Counted from the first letter of the stretch, positions 21,730 to 31,848 are shown. The stretch: 64,000 nt of DNA from Gemmatimonadales bacterium UBA7835 (GCA_002500925.1 DLTN01000123.1:5291-69290), one strand, 5' to 3'. The notes: generated by a model not told the origin, from the letters alone. A program made the numbers and translations.

Positions 21730-22428
21730 TTGAAGGCGTATCCGAGCCAAAAGCCGCCCACCCCAGCCGAAAGAAGGCGATCGCTGGGCTTTATTCAGAC
21801 TAATGAGAGCTCATGGGCCTGCTTCCTCGTAACGTTCGAGGCCACCGGCTCGACATGGCACGGCTACATAGCGTTTCGTCCCAGCCATTCAGAAAACAGT
21901 TCGGACGAAGTATGTACCACGCACATCTTCGTAGAGAGTTCAGAGGCACAGATCCACGACAAAGCCCGGGGCCTAGGACGTCCACTTTTGAATGGGCTAC
22001 TAGAGTCAGCGCTGCATACCAAAAGTCTCTTGGAGAACAAGCCGACTCCGCTCCGCGGACAATTCAGGGCCCTTCTCAACACAAATTCGGCAAAGTTGGC
22101 AGGGCACTGGGCCGACAACGACATTTCGAGGGACGAGCTTGAACGTCTCCGCTCTCTATACGAGTCGTATCGGATCGATCAGGTATGTCATTTTATATCG
22201 ATGGTAGATGCGGATGACTTTGCGCATGCTGTGGACCGCATACTAGAAGGAGAACGGATAGACTTCCGCGCTAAAGACCGGCTGCAGTTCGCCCGTATCG
22301 TGATCGATCACATAGAGGAGCTTATGCCCCTGCCCGACTTCGAATCTTGGGCAAGGGACTTTCTTGCGCGCCCTGAGGCATATCGCCTTTACACGCATAC
22401 GCTACATCGTGAAGGTCGATTGCCATAG
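21730..22428 (+). CDS. Hypothetical two-domain protein; the C-terminal domain is paralogous to ORF 19212-19532
   Basis: A 232 aa ORF. The only start that keeps the conserved domain is the TTG at 21730, the first codon after an in-frame TGA. There is no in-frame ATG or GTG before residue 157. Confidence 0.55.
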   Translation: MKAYPSQKPPTPAERRRSLGFIQTNESSWACFLVTFEATGSTWHGYIAFRPSHSENSSDEVCTTHIFVESSEAQIHDKARGLGRPLLNGLLESALHTKSLLENKPTPLRGQFRALLNTNSAKLAGHWADNDISRDELERLRSLYESYRIDQVCHFISMVDADDFAHAVDRILEGERIDFRAKDRLQFARIVIDHIEELMPLPDFESWARDFLARPEAYRLYTHTLHREGRLP

Positions 22429-22544
22429 CCGCTCAACCAAACGACGATCCGCGGGTCAAGAAATAACAAGGTCCAAGGCTGTTGCCCCTGTAAGCAGCCA
22501 TATTTAGCTTTGGCAGCTATACTGTAAAGGTCTATCACAAGGAT

Positions 22545-22748
22545 GTGATTGTCTTGGAAGTCGTCGTACAGGACAACGAGAGTCTCGACCGCGCCCTGCG
22601 CCGTTTTAAGCGGAAAGTGCAGCGGTCGGGACTTTACTCGGAACTACGCAAGAGGCGCTACTACGAAAAGCCAAGCGCCCAACGGAAACGGAAACGCGAG
22701 GCGGCAGTTCGTCGTGAACGAAGGCGCCAACGCCGCAAGCGCCCGTAA
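22545..22748 (+). CDS. rpsU: 30S ribosomal protein S21
   Basis: [19 protein letters not shown]...[10 protein letters not shown] is the S21 signature. GTG start and a basic C-terminus. Confidence 0.92.
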   Translation: MIVLEVVVQDNESLDRALRRFKRKVQRSGLYSELRKRRYYEKPSAQRKRKREAAVRRERRRQRRKRP

Positions 22749-22775
22749 GCGTCCAAAAGCGCTAAACGTATAGGA

Positions 22776-22818
22776 AAAGGCGGCCCCCATGTGTTCTGGG
22801 AGCCGCCTTTCTCTTTTC
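22776..22818 (+). terminator. Rho-independent terminator after rpsU (possibly bidirectional)
   Basis: AAAGGCGGC ... GCCGCCTTT forms a 9 bp stem (22776-22810) followed by CTCTTTTC. The reverse strand also ends in a T-run. Confidence 0.7.
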
Positions 22819-22903
22819 AAGCCGCCGGGTAGCCCTCGAAGAATCTTCGAGTCATTGAACATGTGCGACTTGGCCTTTATACCAAGCAGAGGCCGAGTGC
22901 CCC

Positions 22904-23779
22904 TCAGAGCGGAAGCGGGACCGGAGTTTCTCCACTCCAGTCGTAGAATCCTTTTCCTGTCTTTCGACCATAGCGGTTCATAGCGACAATCCGTTTCAGG
23001 AGAGGAGGAGGTGCGTAACGCTCCTCCCTATATTCATCGAACATGATCTCCGAGATCTTGTAGAGCGTGTCGATCCCGACAAAATCACACAGCATGAACG
23101 GTCCCATCGGGTATCCGCAGCCTAACGACATCCCGGTGTCTATATCCTGGACACTCGCAACGCCCCGCTCCAGCTGCCGAATTGCATCGAGCATATAAGG
23201 AACGAGCAGGAGGTTAACTACGAAGCCTGAGTTATCCTTGGCAGCTATCGGGACTTTCCCGAGAGCCTTGGCAAACTCGAATGCCCGGTCGTAGGTCTCC
23301 TCACTCGTTGCTATCGTGCGCACAACCTCGACCAACTTCATCACCGGTACCGGATTGAAGAAATGCAACCCTACAAAGCGGTCTGCACGCGCATTGGCAG
23401 CCATGTCTGTAATAGTGAGCGAACTTGTGTTAGACGCAAAAATCGTGTCAGGCGAGCATAACCCGTCCAGCTCACTGAAAAGTGCATTCTTGAGCTCTAA
23501 GCTCTCTACGATCGCCTCAATAACAATGTCGCAGTGAGCGATATCTTCCAAAGCCGTCACAAACGTAAGACACTCCCAAGCAGCATCGCGCTCCTCAGGT
23601 GTCAGCTTCTCTTTCTCCACCGCCCGATCCATTGACTTCCGGATCCTTTTCTGTCCGGCCTCTAGAAGGTCGCTGTTCATCTCGCGAACAGTCACCGTGA
23701 AGCCACTCTTAGCCGCCACCTCCGCAATACCACTACCCATGAGCCCGCACCCTACGACTCCAACATTGGTGATGCTCAA
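22904..23779 (-). CDS. hbd: 3-hydroxybutyryl-CoA / 3-hydroxyacyl-CoA dehydrogenase
   Basis: Rossmann VGVVGCGLMGSGIAEV and the FFNPVPVMKLVEV motif. 291 aa. Confidence 0.9.
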   Translation of the reverse strand: MSITNVGVVGCGLMGSGIAEVAAKSGFTVTVREMNSDLLEAGQKRIRKSMDRAVEKEKLTPEERDAAWECLTFVTALEDIAHCDIVIEAIVESLELKNALFSELDGLCSPDTIFASNTSSLTITDMAANARADRFVGLHFFNPVPVMKLVEVVRTIATSEETYDRAFEFAKALGKVPIAAKDNSGFVVNLLLVPYMLDAIRQLERGVASVQDIDTGMSLGCGYPMGPFMLCDFVGIDTLYKISEIMFDEYREERYAPPPLLKRIVAMNRYGRKTGKGFYDWSGETPVPLPL

Positions 23780-23801
23780 CTCTTCCTCCTTATAGTGAAT
23801 C

Positions 23802-24734
23802 TCACTCTACGCCTTCTTCTGTTCGTGAAAAATCACGGGCAACCCCGTGAAAATGTCGCTTGACCCAGCGTCTCCATGACGCAGGTGGAGGCTCTAACGC
23901 CTCTCCCGTCTCAAGACGGTCCAATACACCATCGATCTCCGCTATAACCTGCGCGATTTTCATTCTACGCCGTTGCACCACCCCATTCCCAATAGCTACC
24001 CACACTCCTAAGCAGGTGACAAGTCCCGCAACGCTCGCCAAAGTGATTAAACCCCCAGTCACTATGCCCCCAAGAACAGTAACCAACGCCCCGGCTGCCG
24101 CACCCACAACACCTCCTCCCAAAGCCGCCTGAGCGATCCAGGCAGACCTGTTTCCGTGATCGACAAGTAACTCTACCAATACACGCTCATTGTCGAGCTT
24201 CTCTAGACGAACCTCGACAGACTTCGCTGAGGCGATGTAATGTTCCTGGGACGTCAAGCTCGCTGCTCGAGCGAGCCGAGAAACCCAATCGACAGCCGGC
24301 TGGTAGACGAGGAGGTCGGGGGTCCTGCGCACAGGGCGAAGTAGCTGCGAGGCTACTAAGAAATCGTCTAACCGATCTTTCAAGTTGACTCTAGCATCAG
24401 ACACTACACGCGAAGCAGTCACGGTTTCAAACCCAAAGATACGATCGAGGGTCGTACCTCCTCCACTGCTTCGAACCTCCATAAGGGCCCTGCGCACGTC
24501 GGTTTCACGTAGCCCCACCTCTGACGCTATTCGAAAAAGTTCGACTTCACTCACTCGTCCCTCTTTGGCATCCAGATCCCCAGTCGCCAGCTCTGCGGCA
24601 CGTCGAATGACCGAGTCGAACTGCTGCCGACTCAGATTACTACCGGTCTCGTCACTCACGAGAGAGAGGACCCCGATGGCACGACCTAGAGCGCTTCTAC
24701 GATGACAGCGCCACCCTGACCCCCGCCAATACAA
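23802..24734 (-). CDS. Hypothetical membrane protein
   Basis: Gly/Ala/Val-rich TM segments AALGGGVVGAAAGALVTVLGGIVTGGLITLASVAGLV. The start is ambiguous: the ATG at 24734 overlaps the thiolase 3' end by 49 nt, and a GTG at 24659 is the alternative. Confidence 0.55.
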   Translation of the reverse strand: MYWRGSGWRCHRRSALGRAIGVLSLVSDETGSNLSRQQFDSVIRRAAELATGDLDAKEGRVSEVELFRIASEVGLRETDVRRALMEVRSSGGGTTLDRIFGFETVTASRVVSDARVNLKDRLDDFLVASQLLRPVRRTPDLLVYQPAVDWVSRLARAASLTSQEHYIASAKSVEVRLEKLDNERVLVELLVDHGNRSAWIAQAALGGGVVGAAAGALVTVLGGIVTGGLITLASVAGLVTCLGVWVAIGNGVVQRRRMKIAQVIAEIDGVLDRLETGEALEPPPASWRRWVKRHFHGVARDFSRTEEGVE

Positions 24735-25894
24735 GCAGAACCTAGGCCAAGCCTCTCACCACGGCGTCGCAGTTCGTGAAGAAGATGAATCGTGATCCGT
24801 GCACCCGATGCTGCTAAGGGATGTGTGAGCCCTATTGCCCCCCCGTTCACATTCGTTCTGTCAGGATCTAGACCAAGCTCTTTTTCGACAGCTTTGTACT
24901 GTGGTGCAAAAGCTTCATTCACTTCGACCAGGTCGATGTCTTCGAGAGACAGGCCAGCTTTTTCAAGGGCCATCCGGGCAGCCGGAGCTGGGCCAATTCC
25001 CATGACTTTAGGCTCCACGCCGACGAAACCCCATGACAGTATCCGACCGATCGGATTGACTCCGTTTGCCTCCGCCCACTCGGCGCTCGCGAGAACCGCA
25101 CTTGCCGCCCCGTCGCCAATCCCGCTGGCATTCCCAGCTGTTACAAGTCCGTCTTTGCGGAAATAAGGGCGCAATCCGCTCAGAGATTCCAGGTTCGTGT
25201 CAGGGCGTATGTGCTCGTCGGTCGCGTAGACCCTCTCACCTTTTCTGGACTTTATAACGATCTCGGCAATTTCGGCGTCGAAGTACCCATTGTCCCAAGC
25301 TGCCTTTGCTCGTTGATGAGAACTCACAGCCACCTGATCGGCCTCTTCCCTCGTGACCGCGTAGCGGTCTGCAAGCTCCTCGGCAGTTTGAGCCATCGTG
25401 AGGTCGCAGTTAGTGTCTAGCAGGGCCTCCCAGAGCAGATCTTCGAGGTTGGAGCCGGCCGGGCCCAATCGGAGTGCCTTCCCCCACCGAGCGCCACGAA
25501 CAACATGTGGTGCCTGACTCATAGACTCCGTTCCACCGGTCAGGCACACATCTGCTTCACCGAGAACAATTTCTTTCGCTCCTTGGACAACCGCCTCGAA
25601 ACCCGAACCGCAAAGCCGGTTGACGGTCAGCGCAGGGCGATCTTGGGGTACGCCAGAGCGGAGCGCTACGTGCCGAGCCAAGTAAATCGAGTCGGCCGAC
25701 GTTTGCAGGGCGTTGCCCACAAACGTTTGATCCACCTGACTAGGTGTAAGACCTGCTGCCTCGATCGCAGCTTGGCTACTGAATACACCCAGGTCAGTAG
25801 CAGTAAAATCCTTGAGTGAGCCACCGAAGGTACCGAAGCCGGTACGCTTCCCGGAGAGAACGACTACTTCGCGTGAATGACCCTGCGTTGCCAT
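24686..25894 (-). CDS. Acetyl-CoA acetyltransferase (thiolase II)
   Basis: Active-site NRLCGSG, NEAFA, and C-terminal CIGGGQGGAVIVE. Confidence 0.93.
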   Translation of the reverse strand: MATQGHSREVVVLSGKRTGFGTFGGSLKDFTATDLGVFSSQAAIEAAGLTPSQVDQTFVGNALQTSADSIYLARHVALRSGVPQDRPALTVNRLCGSGFEAVVQGAKEIVLGEADVCLTGGTESMSQAPHVVRGARWGKALRLGPAGSNLEDLLWEALLDTNCDLTMAQTAEELADRYAVTREEADQVAVSSHQRAKAAWDNGYFDAEIAEIVIKSRKGERVYATDEHIRPDTNLESLSGLRPYFRKDGLVTAGNASGIGDGAASAVLASAEWAEANGVNPIGRILSWGFVGVEPKVMGIGPAPAARMALEKAGLSLEDIDLVEVNEAFAPQYKAVEKELGLDPDRTNVNGGAIGLTHPLAASGARITIHLLHELRRRGERLGLGSACIGGGQGGAVIVEAL

Positions 25895-26063
25895 GAAGCC
25901 TCGAATAAATGTTTAAGAAACCGAGCTTAGTTACTGAAAAGAGCGTTACCCCTAGCGGCGCAAGCGGTTCACTCCCCTATGAGAGCCTGTATGAAGGTTA
26001 GCGTGTGCTATGGTTATTACTCCGAACCGCGCACACAAAAATAGGCCTAGTAGATCGACCCAG

Positions 26064-27128
26064 TTATGCACTCGCGGCGTAAGCCACACGAATGTGCTCA
26101 ATGATCGCAGTCGCCGTCTCGGTTGTAGAAAATTTGCCACCAATGTCCGGCGTTACCTGACCCATCTTGTACGCGGACAGAACTGCGGCTTCGATGTGAT
26201 CTCCTGCGGCATAGTAGCCGAAATGATCCATCATCAGCGCAACGCAACGAATTGCTCCGATCGGGTTCGCCTTCCCCTGACCCGCGATGTCAGGAGCAGA
26301 TCCGTGAACGGGCTCGAAAAGAACGTTGCGGCCAGGATGGACGTTGGCTGACGGTGCCATACCGAGACCACCCGTTATTTCTGCCGCTAGGTCGCTGATG
26401 ATGTCACCAAAAAGGTTTGACGTCACAAGCACCTGGTAACGCTCCGGTCTGCGCACGAGGTCCATCGCCATGGCATCGACATACATCTCGTCTACCTCTA
26501 TGTCCGCATACTCGGAAGCTACATCGGAAAAAGTACGTCTCCATAGGTCGCCGACGTACCGCATAACGTTCGCTTTATCAACCAACGTCACCCTGTCGCG
26601 TCCTCTTGACTCTGCAAACTGGAAGGCAGCCCGAATTATTCTTTCCACACCATGTCGCGTCGCGAGGTTCTCCTGGATAGCGACCTCGTCCGGCGTATTC
26701 TTCCTGGTTACCCCACCCATTCCGGTATACTCGCCTTCCGTGTTTTCACGAAAAATCTCAAGCCGGAGAGGGGAAACGGCCGCTAAGGGAGACAGCTCGG
26801 GCGAAATCAGGACGCAAGGCCGGAAATTCACATAGAGGTCCAGCTTGAAGCGCATTCCAAGAAGGATGTCCTTAGCGTGCTGGTTACTCGGAACCCGAGG
26901 GTCCCCCAGGGCTCCCAAAAGAACGGCATCGTGATCCCGATCAAGCGACACGAACTCGTCTTCGGTTATAGTGATTCCATCCCTGAGGAATCGATCTGCT
27001 CCGAGATCCCATTCTACTAGTTCGAAGGGTACACCCTCGGCTTCCGAGACGAATTCGAGCACCCGCCGAGCTTCACGAACGACTTCGACTCCAATTCCAT
27101 CACCAGGGATAAGTGCTATGCGTGGCAT
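26064..27128 (-). CDS. Isopropylmalate/tartrate/D-malate dehydrogenase family enzyme
   Basis: IALIPGDGIGVEV and NLFGDIISDLAA motifs. 354 aa. No other leu genes are nearby, so the substrate is not assigned. Confidence 0.85.
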   Translation of the reverse strand: MPRIALIPGDGIGVEVVREARRVLEFVSEAEGVPFELVEWDLGADRFLRDGITITEDEFVSLDRDHDAVLLGALGDPRVPSNQHAKDILLGMRFKLDLYVNFRPCVLISPELSPLAAVSPLRLEIFRENTEGEYTGMGGVTRKNTPDEVAIQENLATRHGVERIIRAAFQFAESRGRDRVTLVDKANVMRYVGDLWRRTFSDVASEYADIEVDEMYVDAMAMDLVRRPERYQVLVTSNLFGDIISDLAAEITGGLGMAPSANVHPGRNVLFEPVHGSAPDIAGQGKANPIGAIRCVALMMDHFGYYAAGDHIEAAVLSAYKMGQVTPDIGGKFSTTETATAIIEHIRVAYAASA

Positions 27129-27176
27129 TCAATGATGTTTCGGTTTGTGACAGACGAGCGGAAACCACTCGGCAGA

Positions 27177-27632
27177 TTACGGTATGCCCGAGGGAGACGC
27201 CACCACGATTACACCGAATCCAGGCTCACGGTTACCCTCAAGCAAAAAAGGATAAGCACCGGGCACAGCTTCGACGAACGAGATCACGAACCGCGCTCCA
27301 TTCTGAAGTAGCGGCGGGGACGCAGCCTGATTATTCAAAACCATGAACTCCCAAGCCGGCTCACTCATAGCTGTTGAGTCAAAACGCACTTCATGAAGGA
27401 ACCAGTCATCGGACACAAACTGGATGTAATCCCCTTCCTGAACGAGGATCGAATCTGGATGAGCCCGCTCTTGGCCCGCCATCGTGAGTCTCACTGTATG
27501 AACCCGATCAGTTCCCGACAGACCCAACTCTTCCATCAGCTGCAAGTCCGGACGCAACGCCGGATTTCCTTGCTCGCAAGCTGCACTGCCCATTAACAGA
27601 AAGGCTGCGATATAATGCCCGCACAGCCTCAA
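27177..27632 (-). CDS. Hypothetical lipoprotein, cupredoxin-like without an obvious Cu-ligand Cys
   Basis: Signal/lipobox LLMGSAAC. A beta-rich GDYIQFVSDDWFLHEVRF pattern. Confidence 0.5.
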   Translation of the reverse strand: MRLCGHYIAAFLLMGSAACEQGNPALRPDLQLMEELGLSGTDRVHTVRLTMAGQERAHPDSILVQEGDYIQFVSDDWFLHEVRFDSTAMSEPAWEFMVLNNQAASPPLLQNGARFVISFVEAVPGAYPFLLEGNREPGFGVIVVASPSGIP

Positions 27633-27659
27633 CTGGACGCCCCAAAAAACGTCAGAGTC

Positions 27660-28763
27660 CTATTCCTCGAGTTCCAGGCGAATGAGGCCTGCTTCGACGG
27701 CGGCACGAAGAAAGTACTCCGGATCAGCACTCGGTACACTGACACCGGCCTGATCTTGCCATCGTTCAGCAAGTCTACGCATATAGTCCTGCACCGTTTC
27801 GTGGCCGAAGCCAGCCTGATCGCGCATTTGGCGAATTATTTCAGCCCAGTCTCCGCGCAACAGATGCCCGTCGGCAAGCCGGATCATACGGGAGTCCACA
27901 CTGCCATCTTCCTGGAGTTCGAAAAGCTCGAGCTGGCTCGGGTCAAGATAGACATCCGTGTGAGCCGCATCCATACTGTTTTCGACGTCTGCAAGGAGTC
28001 GGTCTATGGGGTCCTCCATCTCCTCCAGCTCATTGAGCCTCTGCTCCCATGGCGCAAGCCTCGGATCCCCGGACTCTACGTGCCAGAGTGTCCGCTTGAG
28101 TTCCATCAGGCGCCATACGGCAAGAGGATCCCAATGCTCTTGAGGCGGAACCTGTTCCAACTCTCTCAGGGAGCCCTCCCAGTCACCGCGGTCATAAAAC
28201 AAGTGACCGAGAAAAATACGTGCCTCATAGAGATCGGGATTTAGGCGAAGTGCTCGTCTAACCTGACGGCCAGCTCTCACCTCATCACCGAGCCGGTGCA
28301 ACGTATAGCCGAGTGCTGCTGCCGCATCTGCGGAATCCGGACGGCTCGCCGCTGCCTTCGCAAAGATGTCGTAACAATCTGTGTACAGAGCGGCCCCATA
28401 CAGGGCTCGGCCGATCGTGAGCATCAGTTCGACATCATCATCGAGCCCCATCGACACAACACGATCAAAGAGACGAAGGGCCTGACGGTGCTCCCCAAAG
28501 CGCAAAAGAGTTTCACCCAAACCAACAAGAGCATCTTCGTGAGCTGCATCCAGTGAGACTGCCCTTTCAAATGCGTGCCGCGCCCAAGCATACTCCTCAC
28601 GGGCAAGCCGGGCATAGCCGAGACCAACGCAGAGATCGACTGCTTTTGGGTACCGTGACAGACCCTCCTTGAGCACCTCGAGAGCGCCGTGGTAGTCACC
28701 TTTACTGTAGAGTTGGTGGGCCCGCTCGTCGTATTCCTCAGATGAGAGGAACAATTCGGACAT
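27660..28763 (-). CDS. Tetratricopeptide (TPR) repeat protein
   Basis: Repeated A-x3-(F/Y)-x2-A-(L/V)-x-L-(D/N)P patterns, for example WARHAFERAVSLDAAHEDALVGLG and AGRQVRRALRLNPDLYEARIFLG. Confidence 0.8.
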   Translation of the reverse strand: MSELFLSSEEYDERAHQLYSKGDYHGALEVLKEGLSRYPKAVDLCVGLGYARLAREEYAWARHAFERAVSLDAAHEDALVGLGETLLRFGEHRQALRLFDRVVSMGLDDDVELMLTIGRALYGAALYTDCYDIFAKAAASRPDSADAAAALGYTLHRLGDEVRAGRQVRRALRLNPDLYEARIFLGHLFYDRGDWEGSLRELEQVPPQEHWDPLAVWRLMELKRTLWHVESGDPRLAPWEQRLNELEEMEDPIDRLLADVENSMDAAHTDVYLDPSQLELFELQEDGSVDSRMIRLADGHLLRGDWAEIIRQMRDQAGFGHETVQDYMRRLAERWQDQAGVSVPSADPEYFLRAAVEAGLIRLELEE

Positions 28764-28885
28764 CTACTAGACTCCGGGTTGAGACACGGGCAATCGCACA
28801 GCAGAGGTCATGCGGGCAATTCTAACGTGCGTGCTCGATTCAGGGTATACCACCACCGGGTCCATTCTGCTCCCAGCCCAGTCCC

Positions 28886-29242
28886 TCAGACCTTACCGTA
28901 AGCGATGCCGCAGTGATTGCAAACCAGAGACTTGCCAGCCCGGACCAGGCGCGCGCTCATCACGCACCGCGGGCATGCAGGTTCTTCACCCGATGTAAGC
29001 GCATCCCTGACCTTCTTTCGTTCGGTCCGAGTCGCTTTACGTATGGCCACCTCGTAGCGAAGCCAGGACGCGTTGCACTCAAATATGCCGACCGCATCCC
29101 CCGTCTCCTCTTGGCGAATCCCGAGACAAATGAGAAACCCCCCGTTAGGGGATTCCATCTGCTGTCCAGCATAGTATTGCTTTAGCAGCTGTTTCTCGCG
29201 GTCCAGCCGAAACGCGTCGCCCAAGTGCTCCCCCTCGGTCAC
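28886..29242 (-). CDS. Hypothetical protein with C-terminal CxxC...CxxC zinc ribbon
   Basis: CPRCVMSARLVRAGKSLVCNHCG lies at the C-terminus. 118 aa. Confidence 0.5.
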   Translation of the reverse strand: MTEGEHLGDAFRLDREKQLLKQYYAGQQMESPNGGFLICLGIRQEETGDAVGIFECNASWLRYEVAIRKATRTERKKVRDALTSGEEPACPRCVMSARLVRAGKSLVCNHCGIAYGKV

Positions 29243-29453
29243 TGTCCGAAAGTCTCAGAAATCTTTAGTAACTCTAGGGTTCCCAAGCGATTTTAGACAG
29301 AAAAGTGGGCGGAAGTATACCGCATCCCAACAACGGGTCAACCAGCCTACTCTAGTCCAATTGTCGTATTCGAAAGAAACCAAGGCCGAAAGTGGCTGTA
29401 GACCTACTCGGCCCCGCCCCTAAAAGCGTAATCCATGGTACTAGAGGGATGTC

Positions 29454-29708
29454 TCAGGTGACAGCTTCTTCAACCATCCGAGAGGTGGCTTCGCCGTGCC
29501 CTATGGCAGGCTTGCAAAAACGGATCCCAATGTCGTGTAACCCTCGAAGATCAGAATCCGATAAATCAGGGTAACGCTCCCCGATGTAGTCTATAGTTTC
29601 GTCCATCCAATGCACCTGATCGTCTTCAGCTGCCTTCAGGACGCCGCAGCGATGCACATGACTAAATAGTTCGTCACGTGCACGCTCGAGGAGCTTCTCG
29701 TGGGACAA
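29454..29708 (-). CDS. Hypothetical protein (84 aa)
   Basis: An ORF with coding-like composition and no recognised motif. Confidence 0.4.
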   Translation of the reverse strand: MSHEKLLERARDELFSHVHRCGVLKAAEDDQVHWMDETIDYIGERYPDLSDSDLRGLHDIGIRFCKPAIGHGEATSRMVEEAVT

Positions 29709-29820
29709 ATCATTCTCCTTTAAGAGTATTGCCGTTCGCGCCTTCAGCGCGGTGCCTCAACGTCTTAGTTTCAGCCTCGGAAACTAATCGTGATCGGTTC
29801 TCAGATAAACCGGAGCGCCA

Positions 29821-31416
29821 GTGGAACAAAGCGACGGCCTTAACGCAGTCGAACTCGAAGTGTTTCGGCACCTCTTCACCGCACTCGCGGACGAAATGGG
29901 TGCCGCTCTCAAACGTGCTTCCTTCTCGCCGAATATAAAGGAGCGCCGCGACTATTCGTGTGCACTCTTCAACCCGGCTGGAGAGGCGGTTTCATTAGGC
30001 GACCACATGCCGGTCCACCTCGGTGCCATGCCGATGAGTGTCACAGCGGCGCTCAAAGAAGTAGGAGTGATTGATCCAGGCGATGTGATATGTCTTAATG
30101 ATCCGTTCTGCGGGGGGACGCACCTCCCGGATATCACTCTTATCTCGGCGGTGCATAATCCCACTGGAACCCTAATAGGTTATGTAGCCTCCAGGGCGCA
30201 TCACTCAGACGTCGGAGGATCCACCCCGGGTTCAATGCCACTAGCGCGGGAAATCTTCGAGGAAGGTCTGCGCATACCGCCAATCCGACTCTACAGGGGG
30301 GGCACTCTGAATCAAGCAGTATGGGCCCTTCTGCTTGCGAATGTCCGAACCCCTGTCGAGCGTGCAGGAGACCTCGATGCCCAGATTGCAGCACTCCACA
30401 CGGGATCGACTCGACTTCTGGAGATCGTTGAAAGACGCGGGACCACCCGAACGCTCTCTGCCATGGACGAACTGATCACTTATGCGGATCGACTAGTGGC
30501 CACCGGTCTCAAAGAAATTCCGGACGGGACATACAAAGGAGCAGACGTAATCGAAGATGATGGCTTTGGATCGGGCCCAGTGCCGATCCTCGTCCGCATA
30601 GATGTGAAAGGATCCCTGCTTGAAATCGATTTCTCCGGCACCTCCCCCCAAGTCCCGGGAGGAGTAAACGCTGTGGAGGCCATAACGTCTTCAGCCACAC
30701 GATACGTAGTCCGTTGCGTAGTAGAAGCACTACTAGGAGAGCAGTTGCCAGCAGGTGGCGGCTCCATGTCCTCCGTAATGCTCCACCTACCTGAACGCAG
30801 CGTAGTCAACGCCGCCGCTCCCGCGTCTGTAGCCGCAGGAAACGTTGAGACCAGTCAACGAATCACCGACGTACTATTCCGGGCTTTCGGGAAAGCCCTT
30901 CCCGACCTGATACCGGCACTCTCCCAGGGCACTATGAACAACACAACGATCGGCGGCACAGACCCGAGAACAGGTGAGGCATTCGCGTATTATGAGACGA
31001 TCGGTGGTGGGATGGGAGCAGGCCCTACTGGTGACGGTCTAAGTGGTGTGCACGTGCACATGTCTAACTCGCTCAATACTCCCATTGAAGCGCTTGAGCA
31101 CGCATACCCCTTCCGTATCACCCAATATGGCATCCGTCGAGAATCTGGTGGCAGCGGGAAACACAGGGGCGGTGACGGCCTACGTCGCGATCTCCAGGTG
31201 ATCGGTCCGTGTAGGGTAGCGCTCCTAAGCGAACGGAGAGAACATGGGCCCGCAGGTGCCCAGGGTGGGGCAAGCGGTGCACCAGGTGAAAACGTACTCA
31301 TCCGGCACGGGGAGGAACGCGTGCTTCGAGGGAAAGACACCTTTTGGGTTGAAGCCGGGGATATTTTGAGTATTCGCTCACCCGGAGGCGGGGGCTGGGG
31401 CCACGCCGAGGACTAG
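29821..31416 (+). CDS. Hydantoinase B / oxoprolinase family protein (HyuB-like)
   Basis: N-terminus LEVFRHLFTALADEMG and the C-terminal GGGGWG block are typical of Hydantoinase_B. The GTG start is preceded by GGAG. Confidence 0.88.
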   Translation: MEQSDGLNAVELEVFRHLFTALADEMGAALKRASFSPNIKERRDYSCALFNPAGEAVSLGDHMPVHLGAMPMSVTAALKEVGVIDPGDVICLNDPFCGGTHLPDITLISAVHNPTGTLIGYVASRAHHSDVGGSTPGSMPLAREIFEEGLRIPPIRLYRGGTLNQAVWALLLANVRTPVERAGDLDAQIAALHTGSTRLLEIVERRGTTRTLSAMDELITYADRLVATGLKEIPDGTYKGADVIEDDGFGSGPVPILVRIDVKGSLLEIDFSGTSPQVPGGVNAVEAITSSATRYVVRCVVEALLGEQLPAGGGSMSSVMLHLPERSVVNAAAPASVAAGNVETSQRITDVLFRAFGKALPDLIPALSQGTMNNTTIGGTDPRTGEAFAYYETIGGGMGAGPTGDGLSGVHVHMSNSLNTPIEALEHAYPFRITQYGIRRESGGSGKHRGGDGLRRDLQVIGPCRVALLSERREHGPAGAQGGASGAPGENVLIRHGEERVLRGKDTFWVEAGDILSIRSPGGGGWGHAED

Positions 31417-31431
31417 GAAAAAGGGGATCTT

Positions 31432-31848
31432 ATGAAGCTTCGATTTTCGGCCGTCTGCGAGGACGCTCAACCAAGGACAGATGGACGCTTGGACGTCCAC
31501 GGAATATTTCACTCTCTACCCGCGCCTGGGTTCCCAGCACTCCAAGACCACATGGTCCTTGTGATCGTAATCGAATGGGATCGTGAGGACTACGGCCGTT
31601 ACCGTTTTCAAGTAACTCTCGACCATGAGACAGCACCGTTTTCTGAACGGGTCCTGGACGTCGAAACAGAGGTGCGTAAGCCTACCGCATTTGAAGCGGG
31701 CGCCAAAACGCCAGTCATAGTCCCGATGCACGAGGTCCTGTTCCCTCATCCGGGGCAGTACACGTTCCGGATTAAAGCTAAAGGCAATACAATCGACGGC
31801 CCGGGCGTATACCTAGTCGAAGTCCCAGAAGCCCAGACCGACACCTGA
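31432..31848 (+). CDS. Hypothetical protein (138 aa)
   Basis: The ATG lies 15 nt after the hyuB stop with an AAGGGG Shine-Dalgarno. The protein is beta-rich. I cannot confidently assign a family. Confidence 0.55.
   Translation: MKLRFSAVCEDAQPRTDGRLDVHGIFHSLPAPGFPALQDHMVLVIVIEWDREDYGRYRFQVTLDHETAPFSERVLDVETEVRKPTAFEAGAKTPVIVPMHEVLFPHPGQYTFRIKAKGNTIDGPGVYLVEVPEAQTDT

Noticed and set aside
27615-28244. A 209 aa plus-strand ORF
   Set aside because: It lies wholly antisense to the TPR gene, which has clear repeat structure. It is a typical high-G+C shadow ORF.
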